Shown piece after piece: positions 42,990 through 57,100 of a DNA stretch of 64,000 nucleotides (its first letter is position 1; each line of letters opens with the position of its first letter). The position numbers and the translations under genes were made by a program. This stretch comes from Amphiscolops sp. MND2022 (taxonomy: Eukaryota): assembly GCA_964187785.1 (NCBI GenBank), contig OZ076409.1:2604001-2668000 (forward strand), written 5' to 3'. The notes below the pieces were generated by a model. It was given only the letters and a program-made list of their open reading frames with translations, was not told where the DNA came from and did no database searches.

Positions 42990-44936
42990 ATGTTAGCTTC
43001 AAGCTCCGATATTAATTTGTCTGTGAAAACAAAACAGCCTGAATAGTTTCCAGTTTGTAGAATTTTCGAAATTGGACCATGTGGTGCTCAGTAATAATTC
43101 AACAACTGTAAAATTCATTTTCTATATTTTTCTCTCCCACAAGTTTTCCGGATGAAATCTTGCTTCAAGAAAGTGTCTGCAACTGAATGTTTCAATTTCA
43201 TGCAGATTTCTCTGAACAGTCCAGATGTTTGCGATTTTATGAATTTATTGTTTAATGAATAAATTTGATGGAAGTTTCCTCAATAGAGTTTCTCTAGCAT
43301 AGTAGTAACACTTTGCTCTTTTGAAACCTTGAACGTTGGGCCTGTTCGGCAATGCCCGCCTTGTTGTTCATTTGAGTTGCGTGGCTGCTTTTTGAGCCTC
43401 GCTTTGTCCACACGTTTTGTTTTGCAGTAGGAGTGTGGCGGAAAAAATCCCGGTGCTTACCGGGAGTTTTGTAAACACTACTACAGTAGCGTTCTAAAAG
43501 ATCACAAATGCATTTCAAAAAACGACACAATTCAAAAAGAAATTGTCACAAATAGACAGAATTGACCGCTACAAAAGTTCCTTGGAATTTCATCTGGTTT
43601 ACTAAAATGTTTGTTGGTATTTTCTACAACCCATATTGGAAAAGTTGAAACATTACAAGTTTTAGGAAATTTAATTTGAAATCTGAAGATATTAGAAAAA
43701 ATGTACTCTATTTTGTGCCTATGAACACTGCAATACAAGTATCAAAATGGGCTAGAAGATCATGATTTCTATTTGAAGTCGAAAAGGTTTTGAAATCAAA
43801 CTATACCAGCATCCATAAGAGATTTGGGGCAAATGATTGACCAAAACATTTTCCAGAACATTTTTCAACTTTGCGAAAATTGAGAGAAAGGGCAATTTCG
43901 ATAAATTTTTTGTCAAAATTAACGATTCGCTTTCTTTCCTATTCGTGACAGCATTCAAGATATTAGGATTTCAAGTATTCAATTTTATTCAACCTATTTG
44001 CAAAAAGTGGTGGGATGGTATTGAAAAAATTCGGTCAAACGGTGGTTTTTTTCCTCGGAAAACGAAAAATGATAATCTATTGGTTCACATCGAAACACGT
44101 ACAAAATCGACAAAAGTACAAGTAAAGGTCGTCACTTGCGTCGTGAAAAAATGAAAGAGAACCGTGACAAGAGCTTGAGAACAAGAAAAATGACTTTCCT
44201 GACACATTCTTTCAAGAATCATACAAGCTGCAGACATAAACTTCGAAGAACCTTATAAGATTCTTGCAAGATGTATCTGGTCCTGACAGGAAACATCTGA
44301 GATGCCAAATTTTTGCAGATAATTCCTGATCTTCAGGGTTCTTCAAAGATCTTTGAAGATACATTATGACAGTAAATCAAACTAAGGATGTTTTCCTTTG
44401 AGAGATTTCTCCTTCTTTTTCAATCGAAGTTTTTGTGGAGCTTGGTCTAAGCACATTAACGCCTATGTTTGTGAATTCGAAGTGATTAATTAACAAAAAG
44501 GCGTCCTCCGTTTTTAGAAGATTTGCGATGCTTTCATTTTAAACAAGCAGGAAACTTCAAAAATGTTAATCCAACCTTTTTATTTCTTTTCAACAAAAAA
44601 CACGATGTCTGAAATCCTCCAATTGTTTGAATCCTGCCAAGTTTTGTAAGGCTTTTCATTTTTATTTCAATTTTTTGAGTTTGAAGTTTATCGGCAAAAA
44701 CTCTTTTGATTCTCCCTGAAGTTTTGTCGAATTCCTTCAAGCAGATTAGCTTTAAGTGCTGGTGATGTATTGATAATAGCAGCATTCAGTCATGATTCCA
44801 TTTGAAGAACGCTCCATTTTCCAATTCTTTTGTTATTTTCAAGTGTTCGGATAATCCCTTGAAGCAAAAAATATAATGTTCAAGAGTGGAAACTTTCTTT
44901 AAAAGTTCTTAACGGTCAAGATGAAAAACTCTTCTA

Positions 44937-47900
44937 TTGACTTAGAAGTTTTCTTAAGTATTTTTTAAAACAAACAAGATTTCAGGTGACTAAACAAAAA
45001 AACAGATTTAGCAAGATTAAAAGGAAAAAAAGGACTCACCCATTTTTAAGGTTCAAAGCAAGGAATAGAAAAAGAGGGAAGGTTTTTGATTCGTACTCAA
45101 AAGTGTTATGGCTGACTGATTCAGCCAAACTTCGTTTCTTTTTGGAAATCAAACAATCTCGTTAAAATAATGTTATGGTAGAAAATTTAAATTCAATCGA
45201 ATCGTTGAAAGTTGACCATTGTCAAAATTTTGACAAAGACCTTCGAGATAGGGTCCACAAAAAATAATTATAAAAATCTGATCTTTTAACAAAAGATCTT
45301 TTCGGTACAAATTGGAGTGTTTTATTCTACTGCTAACTCCGTTTTATGTCAAACGAATTATTCTAATTTGATATTGCATTGCTGATGTTTTGTTTAAAAG
45401 AGTTACTGTCACTGCAGAATTCTCTAGGCTATCGATCATGTGAGACAGAGGTTTGAACCAGGGGCGGAAATAAAACACGGAGTGAAATCGCGTGAAATTC
45501 CATGTAATTCGACTAATCAAATCTTGCTGTGATATAGCATGAAATTACTGATTTATTTCTTCCCTCGTTTTCTGCGTCGGAAGAGCGAACGAACATTCTC
45601 GTTTTTCAATAAATTACTAAGCGAAGAAAGGGAAATATGGATGAAACTACCATAAAACACCTTTTGTTTCTTTACGTCAATGCAAAATTCATTGAATAAG
45701 TATGTGTTGATTGATTTTTTTGCGTGAAAAAGCGTGTTTTTTATACATTTGCCGGAATTTTTCCGTGTAATTTGTTTGAATCTAACGTGAAACTTTCCGT
45801 GGTTTTTCAGTTGTCATGTCCGTGTAATATTACCGCTCCTGGTTTGAACAAGGACCATCGCAAAGCGGTCATTAGCCTAAACGGCACAATGGAGAGATTT
45901 GGTTGCTCAAAATGTTTGCTAAACCGCACACCCCCACCCAGTGTTATGGGATCGCTTTTTGAAACCGCTTTTCGCTTTGCGTTTTGTTGAAATTGCGCTT
46001 TTCCAAATTCTCTTTCTTTGAAGACCGCTTTTACCGCTTTCGCCATTTTTTGTGTGAATTAAAACAACATTCCATTAAAAGAGTTGAACTTATTCAGAAT
46101 TTATTATTTAATTAGAATTGAACAGCCACACCTAATCAGTGTTTTTTCTAAGCACGTTTCGTGAGACAATTCAATATCGGCAAATCCTATATGGGTCATA
46201 ATTACAAATACGAGTTAAATTCAAAACAGTTCGCTCAGAAAATAAAAATTTTAAGTAGCTTTTTCCGCTTGAGCGACCGCTTTTGTCTATCATAATAATT
46301 CAATTTATCAGAGGGCATAAATAACAGACAATAAATTAAATTAAACATTAAGAATTTACAAAGAAGCCCCTAAAAAGGACCCCTAAAAGCACTAGGTTTT
46401 TCAAGAGGGATCTTTATTATTGGAACAAAGATAATTGTTGACTTAGAAGTTTTCTCAAGTATTTTTTAAAACAAACAAGATTTCAGGTGACTAAACAAAA
46501 AAACAGATTTAGCAAGATTAAAAGGAAAAAAAGGACTCACCCATTTTTAAGGTTCAAAGCAAGGAATAGAAAAAGTGGGAAGGTTTTTGATTCGTACTCA
46601 AAAGTGTTATGGCTGACTGATTCAGCCAAACTTCGTTTCTTTTTGGAAATCAAACAATCTCGTTAAAATAATGTTATGGTAGAAAATTTAAATTCAATCG
46701 AATCGTTGAAAGTTGACCATTGTCAAAATTTTGACAAAGACCTTCGAGATAGGGTCCACAAAAAATAATAATAAAAATCTGATCTTTTAACAAAAGATCT
46801 TTTCGGTACAAATTGGAGTGTTTTATTCTACTGCTAACTCCGTTTTATGTCAAACGAATTATTCTAATTTGATATTGCATTGCTGATGTTTTGTTTAAAA
46901 GAGTTACTGTCACTGCAGAATTCTCTAGGCTATCGATCATGTGAGACAGAGGTTTGAACCAGGGGCGGAAATAAAACACGGAGTGAAATCGCGTGAAATT
47001 CCATGTAATTCGACTAATCAAATCTTGCTGTGATATAGCATGAAATTACTGATTTATTTCTTCCCTCGTTTTCTGCGTCGGAAGAGCGAACGAACATTCT
47101 CGTATTTCAATAAATTACTAAGCGAAGAAAGGGAAATATGGATGAAACTACCATAAAACACCTTTTGTTTCTTTACGTCAATGCAAAATTCATTGAATAA
47201 GTATGTGTTGATTGATTTTTTTGCGTGAAAAAGCGTGTTTTTTATACATTTGCCGGAATTTTTCCGTGTAATTTGTTTGAATCTAACGTGAAACTTTCCG
47301 TGGTTTTTCAGTTGTCATGTCCGTGTAATATTACCGCTCCTGGTTTGAACAAGGACCATCGCAAAGCGGTCATTAGCCTAAACGGCACAATGGAGAGATT
47401 TTGTTGCTCAAAATGTTTGCTAAACCGCACACCCCCACCCAGTGTTATGGGATCGCTTTTTGAAACCGCTTTTCGCTTTGCGTTTTGTTGAAATTGCGCT
47501 TTTCCAAATTCTCTTTCTTTGAAGACCGCTTTTACCGCTTTCGCCATTTTTTGTGTGAATTAAAACAACATTCCATTAAAAGAGTTGAATTTATTCAGAA
47601 TTTATTATTTAATTAGAATTGAACAGCCACACCTAATCAGTGTTTTTTCTAAGCACGTTTCGTGAGACAATTCAATATCGGCAAATCCTATATGGGTCAT
47701 AATTACAAATACGAGTTAAACTCAAAACAGTTCGCTCAGAAAATAAAAATTTTAAATAGCTTTTTCCGCTTGAGCGACCGCTTTTGTCTATCATAATAAT
47801 TCAATTTATCAGAGGGCATAAATAACAGACAATAAATTAAATTAAACAATAGGAATTTACAAAGAAGCCCCTAAAAAGGACCCCTAAAAGCACTAGGTTT

Positions 47901-47940
47901 TTCAAGAGGGATCTTTATTATTGGAACAAAGATAATTGTT
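44937..47940. repeat. head-to-tail tandem duplication, period 1501 bp
   Basis: Copies start at 44937 and 46438, with about 10 substitutions seen. Confidence 0.95.
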
Positions 47941-49830
47941 TTTTTTGTGTGTGCGTGGTAGAGATTTCACATCTAGTACTCAATTTTTATTCACTTGTAA
48001 TGAATTGGTCAGTTCTTTCTAGCAGGATAATCAATATTTGAATGTTCACGAACGGTTCTACTAACAATATTAAACGTATAATTTTCTCAATGTGAAGCGT
48101 ATTTTTTGCGTTTAAAGTAGTTTGAGATCGAGTTTTGTTAACAAGAACCGCTAGTTTTTTGGCTGCAATGGAGATGTAAAAATTAGTTCAAAAATTTTGA
48201 ATAGCTTTCCCGCTTTTGCTTTTCTAATTAATCACTCGCTTTTTCCGACCGCTTACGCTGTCCTGCGGTGGTAGACCGTATTGTCTTCCAGATCGACGGC
48301 TGTTATCAGCTCAGGTGTGAGTTCTCTTGAGGCGGGTTCCAGTCCAGGCTTATAGAAAGTTCATTTCCGCAATTCCGCGGGGTGGACGCCGAATAAGCAG
48401 TTCTACCTTTCTAAGTCGGAGCACTTTCGGATGCCATCTCCCCATAGCAAGCTAGTACCAAATTTGCAGCCAAGTGGTCAAGAATGGTGGACTTGAAGCT
48501 GTTGTTTCAAAGTGGCTTGCTCGAGGTCACAAAGATCTTACTGCTCACCGTTGCTTTTTTTTTGTTTCTGGAATCACTAGTATGGTCCATTGGGTCATGG
48601 GTCAAGTCCACTCACTTTTTTTAACTTTTACAACACTCCGTTAGATTTCTGAACCTGACTTTAACGCCAGTGAGAAAGATTGCTTCAGCTGCGTCACTGT
48701 TTCGATCATTATGGCATCTTACTTTTTTCTTGTTTTGCTGGGGAAAGACTTGTTTGCGATGTTGGATCTTTTGGTTCGCTTTCCGTGTTAAAAAATTGGA
48801 CTGAAGTTTCACTGGTTTTAAAAGTTTTCTTGAGTTAAAACCTACAATTTCCGTTGTTACATTCGATCGATTAGCAGATTTTCAATCAAAAAGTAGCACT
48901 TTCTGAAAAAAGAGCATTCCAACTTGCAAAGGAAACTTTGGAGCTAGCTCGTAGCCTAATTTTGCGTACCTCATTCGTTTTTGTTGTGAGAATGCCACCT
49001 CGAGGAACCAAAGAATTGCAAACAATGTCCTAAAACTGAACGCTGAAACGAACGCTTTTGGCACCTTACAAAAACAACTTATCATTTTTGTTGGAGTATC
49101 ACTTTTTCTGTACGATTTGAAACTTGTATCCGCATACCTTTGTCATTCAAAAAACGGGGTCTTAGCAACAGTACATGAACTGTTCAACGAGAGAGTATGG
49201 AAACGGAAATTCAAGAAAGAAACGAAATACAGTTGCTACCACACTTGCTAAAAAGTAACCCAAATCCAGATACAAACTTTGTTCACGCATTTTTCCTTAT
49301 GAAGTCACGCATTCTTGTTGAATATTCAATAGCTTCCTGTTTCGAGTCACTAAAAACAGTTAATTTTTAACATATTTACAGTCAAAATGTGAGAAAAATG
49401 TTTTGTTCAAATACTTGATATTGTTTGTTCAGAAACTGCCACGATCCCTCTCCAAAACTGTAAAACATTTTTCATAGCCACGGGTTCAAACACGTCTACA
49501 TTTTTCATGTTTCCATGGATACGGATATCTAGATATTTCGAAAACAGATCAATCATTAACTAAATTAGGAAATGTTTGTTGAGAGAAATCCACACTTTAT
49601 TATTTTAAAAAAAGCCTTTATGTTCACAAAAAAAAGCAAAAATGGAAATTTTTAATTTTTTGCACTTTGAGACGATTTTTGTCCATTTAATGTTTTTTAT
49701 GGTATTACTACACTCAAAAGCCAGCCGTGAATTCAGTATCTATGTGGCATGCTCTTTAGGATAGATAGGTAAGTTAAAGAAGCCTCACAGTGACTATAAA
49801 AATTCGAAAATCCGAATATTTCCAGTTTTT

Positions 49831-50191
49831 GAAAACTTAGTGACCATTGTATTCGGTTTCAAACATTTTTGTAGTTTACAATAGGCAGCGAATTCAATTA
49901 TGAATAAAACAACTATGCAGCACGTTTTTGCAACAGAAAAATTTTTCCTTTCTCTCAATACCCGTACTGGCAAAAATGTGAATTCCAGGACTGCCAAGGA
50001 TTCTTAAGGACAGGTAAGGACTTGTCAAGTTCCGGACCAGACCTTACATGTGCCACCTTTAACCTTACAAGTCTTTACAGGTACCAAGAATCCCAAAAAA
50101 GCAGCGCTTATCAAATTTAACTGTTTCAATCATAATCCTATTGCAAACAACAAAAATGTTTGAAACCGAATACAATGGTCACTACGTTTTC
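49831..50191. mobile_element. MITE-like element with ~55-bp imperfect terminal inverted repeats
   Basis: GAAAACTTAGTGACCATTGTATTCGGTTTCAAACATTTT is mirrored by AAAATGTTTGAAACCGAATACAATGGTCACTACGTTTTC. Confidence 0.65.
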
Positions 50192-50325
50192 TTTGAACTG
50201 TTTGGTTGGTATGAATAATGACAATGTTCGGAGAGACGATAAATGCTTCTGTATCAATTTCTCAAATAGAAAAAAGTGACGGTATGTAGTTTTTTAATTT
50301 ACACAAAATGCCCAAGAAGGTATAC

Positions 50326-50694
50326 GGAAAACTCGTCGAAAACAACTCGTTGAAAATAAAAGGCGGAAAACTGGTCGAAAATTAACTCGTCGAATAATAA
50401 TTGAGCGCAAACTCGTCGAATAATTGCAGATTACAACTAAGGATTATCCAGTGCTAATTATGGATTAGTTTTATTTAATTGATTTTCATTTTCGCGCATA
50501 ATAGTTATAAAATTATTAAAATTTTATAGTAACAGAGTAATACGTCATAATAAGTTGGAACTTAGAAGCACAGTACGATCTGAGATTGTTTTCCGTTCTT
50601 GCGACGAGTTATTTGCCGGAAAATTTTCGGCGAGTTGCTTTTCGACGAGTTTTCCGCCTAGTACTTTCGAACAGTTGTTTTCGACGAGTTTTCC
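50326..50694. mobile_element. MITE-like element with reiterated ACTCGTCGAA subterminal motifs
   Basis: GGAAAACTCGTCGAAAACAACT is mirrored by AGTTGTTTTCGACGAGTTTTCC, and the motif is repeated inward on both arms. Confidence 0.65.
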
Positions 50695-51328
50695 TAAATT
50701 CGCCCAAGCAAGAGCCCAAAACGTTCATTTTCACCTTTCAGCCTCAACAAAATGTCATTGCTATATTAGTGCGGGCAGGAAAATATCCTGCTACTCAGTG
50801 GGCGTCTTGTTTTTTAAATCGACATTTTTTTTCACCTCGACAGCTAGTGCTTTGAAGATGATATGAAAGAAATGATTGCTTTTAAGGTGTTGGTGTTTTC
50901 TGGTTTGATTGAGTCAGATCACACGAATTGAGAATAATTCCAGGAGATTATCTTCAATTGCAGCGTTGCTTCGAATATTGAAGCCTTTCCTCTTTAAACG
51001 CATTAAACGCATTAAATTGTCAAGTTTTTTGATGGTTGCAAAGATCCCTTTATATCTTTAATTGTCAATTTACTGACTTAATTTTTGTGTTTGAAAATTA
51101 AATGTGAAGGGTATAACAGAAAAAAGAGAAAATCTTAACACTGTGGAGAGAATGGGTTCAAAAGAGACAGTTGTCAAATCGACTCCGATTTTTGACGAAT
51201 GACCACTTTGACCAAAATCATCGAAGACAAAGTCGGCTTCTGATATACAACATGAATCACAATCAACGTGCAAAGATGTAATGTCAGTTGGTAAGCTTCA
51301 AGAATTACATAATTACAAAATCATGTAC

Positions 51329-51545
51329 TAGGTGAACCAAAAAAAAACGGAAGGCTTCCAAATTTTTGTGCTTTGAAAATGGCAAATATTTGTCAACAAA
51401 CATTTCAAAACAACTTTGAACAATGAATGTCAGATTGTCAATCATTCAAGTTGGCAAAATTGCTTTCACTCATTCGAGTATCAAAGAACTTTCACACACC
51501 AGAAGTGCTAACAACGAGACTGGTGAAGATGTCTAGACTTTCTCT
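51329..51545 (+). repeat. dispersed repeat, related to 63626-63870 and more weakly to ~52960-53170
   Basis: Shared blocks GAACCAAAAAAA, AAATATTTGTCAACAAA, TTGTCAATCATTCA, AAAGAACTTTCACAC and AAGATGTCTA. Confidence 0.7.
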
Positions 51546-53577
51546 TTATTGCTATAATGTTCAACACGGAATGGAGGTTGAAATTTCTGGATGCATCCAA
51601 AATTCTGGTGCTTAAAGTTTAAACCGCAATATCTCCTAAGCTATTCAAGTCCGACGAAACAATTTATACAGCGTTCGAAAGAGGAGCATCAGGACTTTTA
51701 AATCAATATTTAAACTGCTGGGCTGGGGGCCCGGTAGCACTGGCTCCGGACTTTGCCCCAAAGCTTTGCACGCGTGGTGTCTCTGGCTGCAGTTCAGCTT
51801 GTTCGAAAACATGCTATGGCTGCTTGACCTACTCTTGTCACCAATATTATAAAGTGGCCACACAAGGAAACAGCAAAAACTGAAAATTGGCGCATTTTTT
51901 TAATTTATTTTTTTGGTCCCGTTTCTTTTATTTTGGAGACATCAAGTCAACAATCCGTGAGAATGCGTGCAATGCTCTGTGAAATATTTTGTCTGAAAAT
52001 CTAACTCAAGAGTTGTTTTTATCATACGGTGGGCTGGTGCCTTCAGAAGTTTGCAGATCTTAAGTGGTGCAAATACCTACCGCGATGCTAATTAGAATTA
52101 AAGCCTGCCTATTTGAAGATGATTACGCCACTATGTTGAAAAACAATGCAATTCTTGAAATCACCTTGCAAGACGTCTTGCAAAATCTTGCAAATCAATG
52201 CATTATTTTTGCAAACTGCCTTGCAAGATTCTTGCAAGAAACGAATTGAAATTGCGAGAGATATGCAAAGAAAGTATCAAACTTTCAAGATATTTGCATG
52301 CTTCGACCGTCCAAAGAACAAAGCGTTCGTATTTTTCTCTCCTTTGAACATCACCAAATGATCAACTCCGGTCGCTAGTCCTTATTCTCACTTACTATCA
52401 GATGAACGATTCCACACTTTTATTCAGACGTTTTGAAATGAGATGCTTAATAGACAGAAATCTTGCCTCACTCACCTCAGTTTTGTCAATTTAATATTAA
52501 CTGACAAGAGACAGCTAGATAGATACGGAGTTTCACCTAATAAATGCGATCAACTCCAAATACCAAACTCTTGTAAAACTATATCTCTGGAAGTGTAATT
52601 TTAGTAATTTGGTCTGAAAAATTGTTCTTTGTATAAAAGAGCCGACATTTGAACTACAGTTTCGATGTACATTAGAAAACAAACAACACTTTTCAATTCA
52701 ATTTTGTACACGATTAAGATTGAAATCAGGCCGAACAAACCTAAATTGATCACAGGCATAAATTGTTCTGCAAAAATCGAACAAGAACCTGTGAAAAATG
52801 CTCAATTTGGATAATTGGTGGAGTTTGTGGCTACGTTATCATAACTTTGATGTATTGCAAGTTTCTATATTATCATCTTGCAAGATTTCAATTTATCCCC
52901 AAACTAGTGCAATGAAAGCTTCGTTTTGAATGCTTGACGGAAAAGCGGAAGCTTCTCGGCACCTTGTTTACAAATTTTGCAATTTTAAAGAGTGAAATTT
53001 TTGTGCGTTTCCTTCATTTTGGATTACTTATTGGGTGAACCAAAAAAAAGAAATGCATGCACAAAAATTTATTTCTGAGCTCTCAAAGTTTTTAATATTT
53101 GTAAAGAAACAAAGAAGTTTCGCACAACAGAAGTGAGAAAGAAACTTAGTTGAAGATTTGATTACGTAACAAGTGTTTCATTTTAAACGATAGACAGAAA
53201 ATTGGCAGAATTTCAATGTCTTGTTTGCAAATGATACAATTTTGGAGACGAAAAGACTTTGTGCGTTCCGGTTTTTAGGTTCACCGGTATGCGCGGAAAT
53301 AGGATAAAACTGACAAAAAATCGAATCCAATAATTTGAGAATGTTTGCGTTGTCAGACGTAAATTTTCAGAACAGGGGTATTTTGATTGACAATAAAAAA
53401 GAATCTACATTTCTATAGCTCGTTTCCAGGAAGGGATAATACTAAATTGGATTCTGTATCAACATCAGCTCAATAATTATTCGAATGATTCACCGTACAA
53501 ATTGAAACGACTGTCAAAGACAAATTATCATTGACAAAAATTATCAAATCAGTACATTTGATTTTTGAGATAGAAAA

Positions 53578-53936
53578 TAAAGGAACTGTAGATAGATAAT
53601 ACAGCCCGTTTTTGTTCAAAAACGAAGAGGAACGAAAACTCCAATTATCTTGATCTGAAATCTGCCCAGTATGATATTTCAAACCAATGTTTAAACAATA
53701 TCAAATCAATAAATCAGCATCGAATTGTTTACAAACATTATTAAACAAATCAAAGTTTCGAGATAGCAAATTGATTGAATATTATTTGAAAAATATATTT
53801 TACTATTTTCAGAACTATCAAATATTTGACGGTTTCGGGAATCGAACCGGTAATCTTCATGTTCCGAGTCCCGTACTCTACCGATCGTGTCACTTAATTT
53901 TGTTTGTTTTAATTCAACCATATTTGCTTTGCAACA
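53578..53936 (-). repeat. 3' LTR of Bel/Pao D
   Basis: Matches 62617-62975 with one substitution seen. PPT-like GGGCCCGGAGGA is adjacent (53937-53948). Confidence 0.95.
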
Positions 53937-54105
53937 TCCTCCGGGCCCAAGAAAGTGTAAATGCAAAAAACGAAAAAAAACTGAAAACTTTATAGCGAAT
54001 TTTTTTGGAAAACGGTTTACATGGATTTTCGACGATGTACATGTTACATTTTATTCATATTAGGTACCATTACAAGAGAAAACGAAAACTAGGAATTATT
54101 ATAAA

Positions 54106-57100
54106 TCAAGTAAGATTGGGAGAATCGGGGAACGGGAATACGGGTGCGAGTTTGACAACGGGTCGAACAATGTTTCCTGTTGCGGTTTTCAGTTCCGCAG
54201 AACGAGCGACAGCGTCGGTACCGTAGTTCAGCTTGACCACACGTGCAAGTGGGTAATGTCCTCGTGGACTCGTGGGCTCCACAATCCAGACAAGGTCACC
54301 GGCCTTGAGATCTCGATTTGGTTGGGCTGACCACTTCGAACGGCGGTTAAGCGACGGAACGTAATCTTTGAGCCAACGGTCCCAAATTGCATCTGAGTAC
54401 GCTTGCGCGCGTGCGTAGCGTTTCCTGTGGTCTACGTCGGCTCTTTGGTGCGATGGCATTGTGGAACCCGCGGTTCCCAAGAGGAAGTGGTTTGGTGTCA
54501 AGGCATCCAAATCCGTAGCGTCGGAGCTAACGGGTACCAGTGGACGGGAGTTGAGACTCTGCTCTACCAGACAGAAGGTAGTTGTTAGTATCTCGTCAGT
54601 TAGGCGACGGTTCCCAAGGATTGCGTAAAACACATGTTTGAAGCTCCTTACAATTCTTTCCCAGACGCCTCCGTGATGAGGAGCACTGGGAGGATTGAAC
54701 TTCCAATGGATCCGTTTTCTGACCAGAGCTTCAGACAGAGTCTGTTGATTCCACGCTGACACGTTTTGTAGCAACTCCTTTTCACTGGCGATGAAATTGG
54801 TTCCGTTGTCAGACCACAAAACTGATGGGACGCCCCGACGGGCGGCAAATCTTTCGATTCCCATAACACAGCTACTAGTGTCCATTGACGGGACAACTTC
54901 AAAATGGACAGCTCTGGTTGTTAAGCAAGTGAATAGGAATCCCCATCGTTTTTCGGTTGATCTTTTCACAGCTACGTAAAACGGACCAAAATAGTCAATT
55001 CCGGTGTTCGTAAATGGACGCTCTTGAAATGCCAGTCTTTCCTGTGGAAGGTCGGACATTATCGGGTTGACAGTTTCCGCTCGACGTTTGCGGCAAATGA
55101 CACATTTGGAAACAATTGACCTCAAGGCGGTTCTAAGCTTGACGATGGCGAACTGTTGCTGCACCAACGCTCTCAAGTAGTCGACACCCTGATGGCAATG
55201 CGTTTCGTGGAGCTGTTCTAAGTACAAGCGTACGGCGGGGTGACGGCTGTCCAGTAAAATTGGGTGCTTTGCGTCGAAGGTGGAAACTGTTAGTTGTTTG
55301 ATCCGGCCGGTTGCTCGCAGTAGGCCTTGAGGCCCAATGAAAGGGGAGAATTGGGAAAGTTTAGAAGAGTTGCTGACGGGGGATTGTTTCAGCAAGCACC
55401 TCAGTTCGACGGGAAATGACTCTTGTTGGATGAGATAGAAAAGTCTCATTTCAGCATTTTGCATTTCATTCGGATCGGTTACTAAACCAGAGTCGGAGCG
55501 GTAACCTTCGTTTTTTGGCAGTAGGCGCAAAATGTAAGCAACAACGCGTAGAAGTTTCTCGTACGAGCTGTACTTCTGCCACTCGAAAGTTGTCGCGATG
55601 CCGATTACAGTTGCACTTAAAGCTGTCAAGAATTCCGAAGATTCTTGATCCGAAACTGAAAAGTCCGACTTTTTCGCTTTCAATTTGACCTCAATGTGTT
55701 TTGGTGGTTTGAACGGCCAGTCGTGTGTTCGCAAGAAGGAAGGACCTTTAAGCCAAGGACTGTCACGAAGTGAATTGGCTGAAACACCACGCGTTCCTGC
55801 ATCAGCGGGGTTGTCACTTGATTTGACATAGTTCCATTCATCCACTGTTGTTAGCTCAAGGATTTCGGCAACACGGTTGGTGACAAACACCGGTTGCTTC
55901 TCTAATGAATGGAGCCACTGAAGGACTGTCGTACTGTCCGTCCACATGAAAGTGTTGTCCACTCTGACCGTTAAAGCATTTTCAATTTCTTTTCGGAGTC
56001 GTGCAGCAAGCAATGAGGCCTGTATTTCAAGCTTCGGGATCGTGAGGGCTTTCATGGGTGCCACTCTGGCTTTCCCGAAGACGAAGGCTAACTCTGTTGT
56101 GTAGCCAGTCGCGGTGGCAACTTTACCTCGTAGAAAGGCGACGGCGCTGAAGACATCTTGAGAGCTGTCACCGAACATATGAAGCTCCAAGGTTTCAACT
56201 CGCTCTTCGAAATAGCTCCGTGGGATTTGAATTTCGCTCAAAGTTGGCAGTTCCTTGCTCCATTCGTTGAACTTAGTTACGATTTCGTCTGGCAGATCGT
56301 CATCCCACTGTTGACCACTTAATCTCCAGATGTCTTTCAACAATAGTCTTGCTTGGACGGTAAACGGAGCAACGAGTCCAATGGGATCGTAGACAGCTGA
56401 AACTACGCTCAGTACCACTCGTTGAGTAAGTTTCTTGTTCGTAGCAGGGCTCGTTCCCCGGCTTACTACGAGAGTGTCACAGGCATGATTCCATTTAAGT
56501 CCCAAGACATGTGAGGACTCGTCTGGTTTCGGAATCACCTTCTCATCGGTTGGTGTTAGTTCACCGCTTTGTTGCAGTTCGGCTGGAAGGTAGGTAATGT
56601 TGGAGACAAACTTGGTTAGATTGAAGCCACCTTTTGCAAGCAGTGTGACCAAGTCCTTTGCTTTGTTACTGGCCTCTTCGACAGTAGGGCTTGACTCCAA
56701 GTAGTCGTCCATGTAAAAACTGCGATGAACGCTTTTCGCTGCTTCGGGGAAAGTGTCTTGGTTATCGCTACCAGTACGCTTCAGTGCGTAGTTCGCACAT
56801 GTTGGTGAGTCCTTCGACCCAAAGATGTGCCGGACGTACTGATACACAGCGATTTCTGCAGCTGGGTCTTCCCGCCACAGAAAACGAAGTGATGGTTGAT
56901 CTTTTGGTATGACTCCGACTTGAAGAAACATACCTTCGATATCGGCAGAGACGGCGTACTTGTGTTGACGAAAGCGGATCAGTATGTGTATCAAATTTTG
57001 TAGCAAGTCCGGTCCGGTTAACAAGGCGTTGTTCAAAGATTGACCCTGGAACCTTGCTGCGCCATTCAATACTCTGCGAACTTTGCCAGGTTTGTGCGGG

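Noticed and set aside
45724-47547. 79-88 aa ORF pairs in the tandem duplication
   Set aside because: They are short, overlap on both strands, have no motif, and are repeated only because of the duplication.
43000-53570. host gene exons
   Set aside because: No long ORF or consistent exon chain was found. Small exons of a long gene cannot be excluded without transcript data.
53828-53895. functional tRNA-Pro gene
   Set aside because: The acceptor, D and anticodon stems do not pair. It is kept only as a tRNA-like relic.
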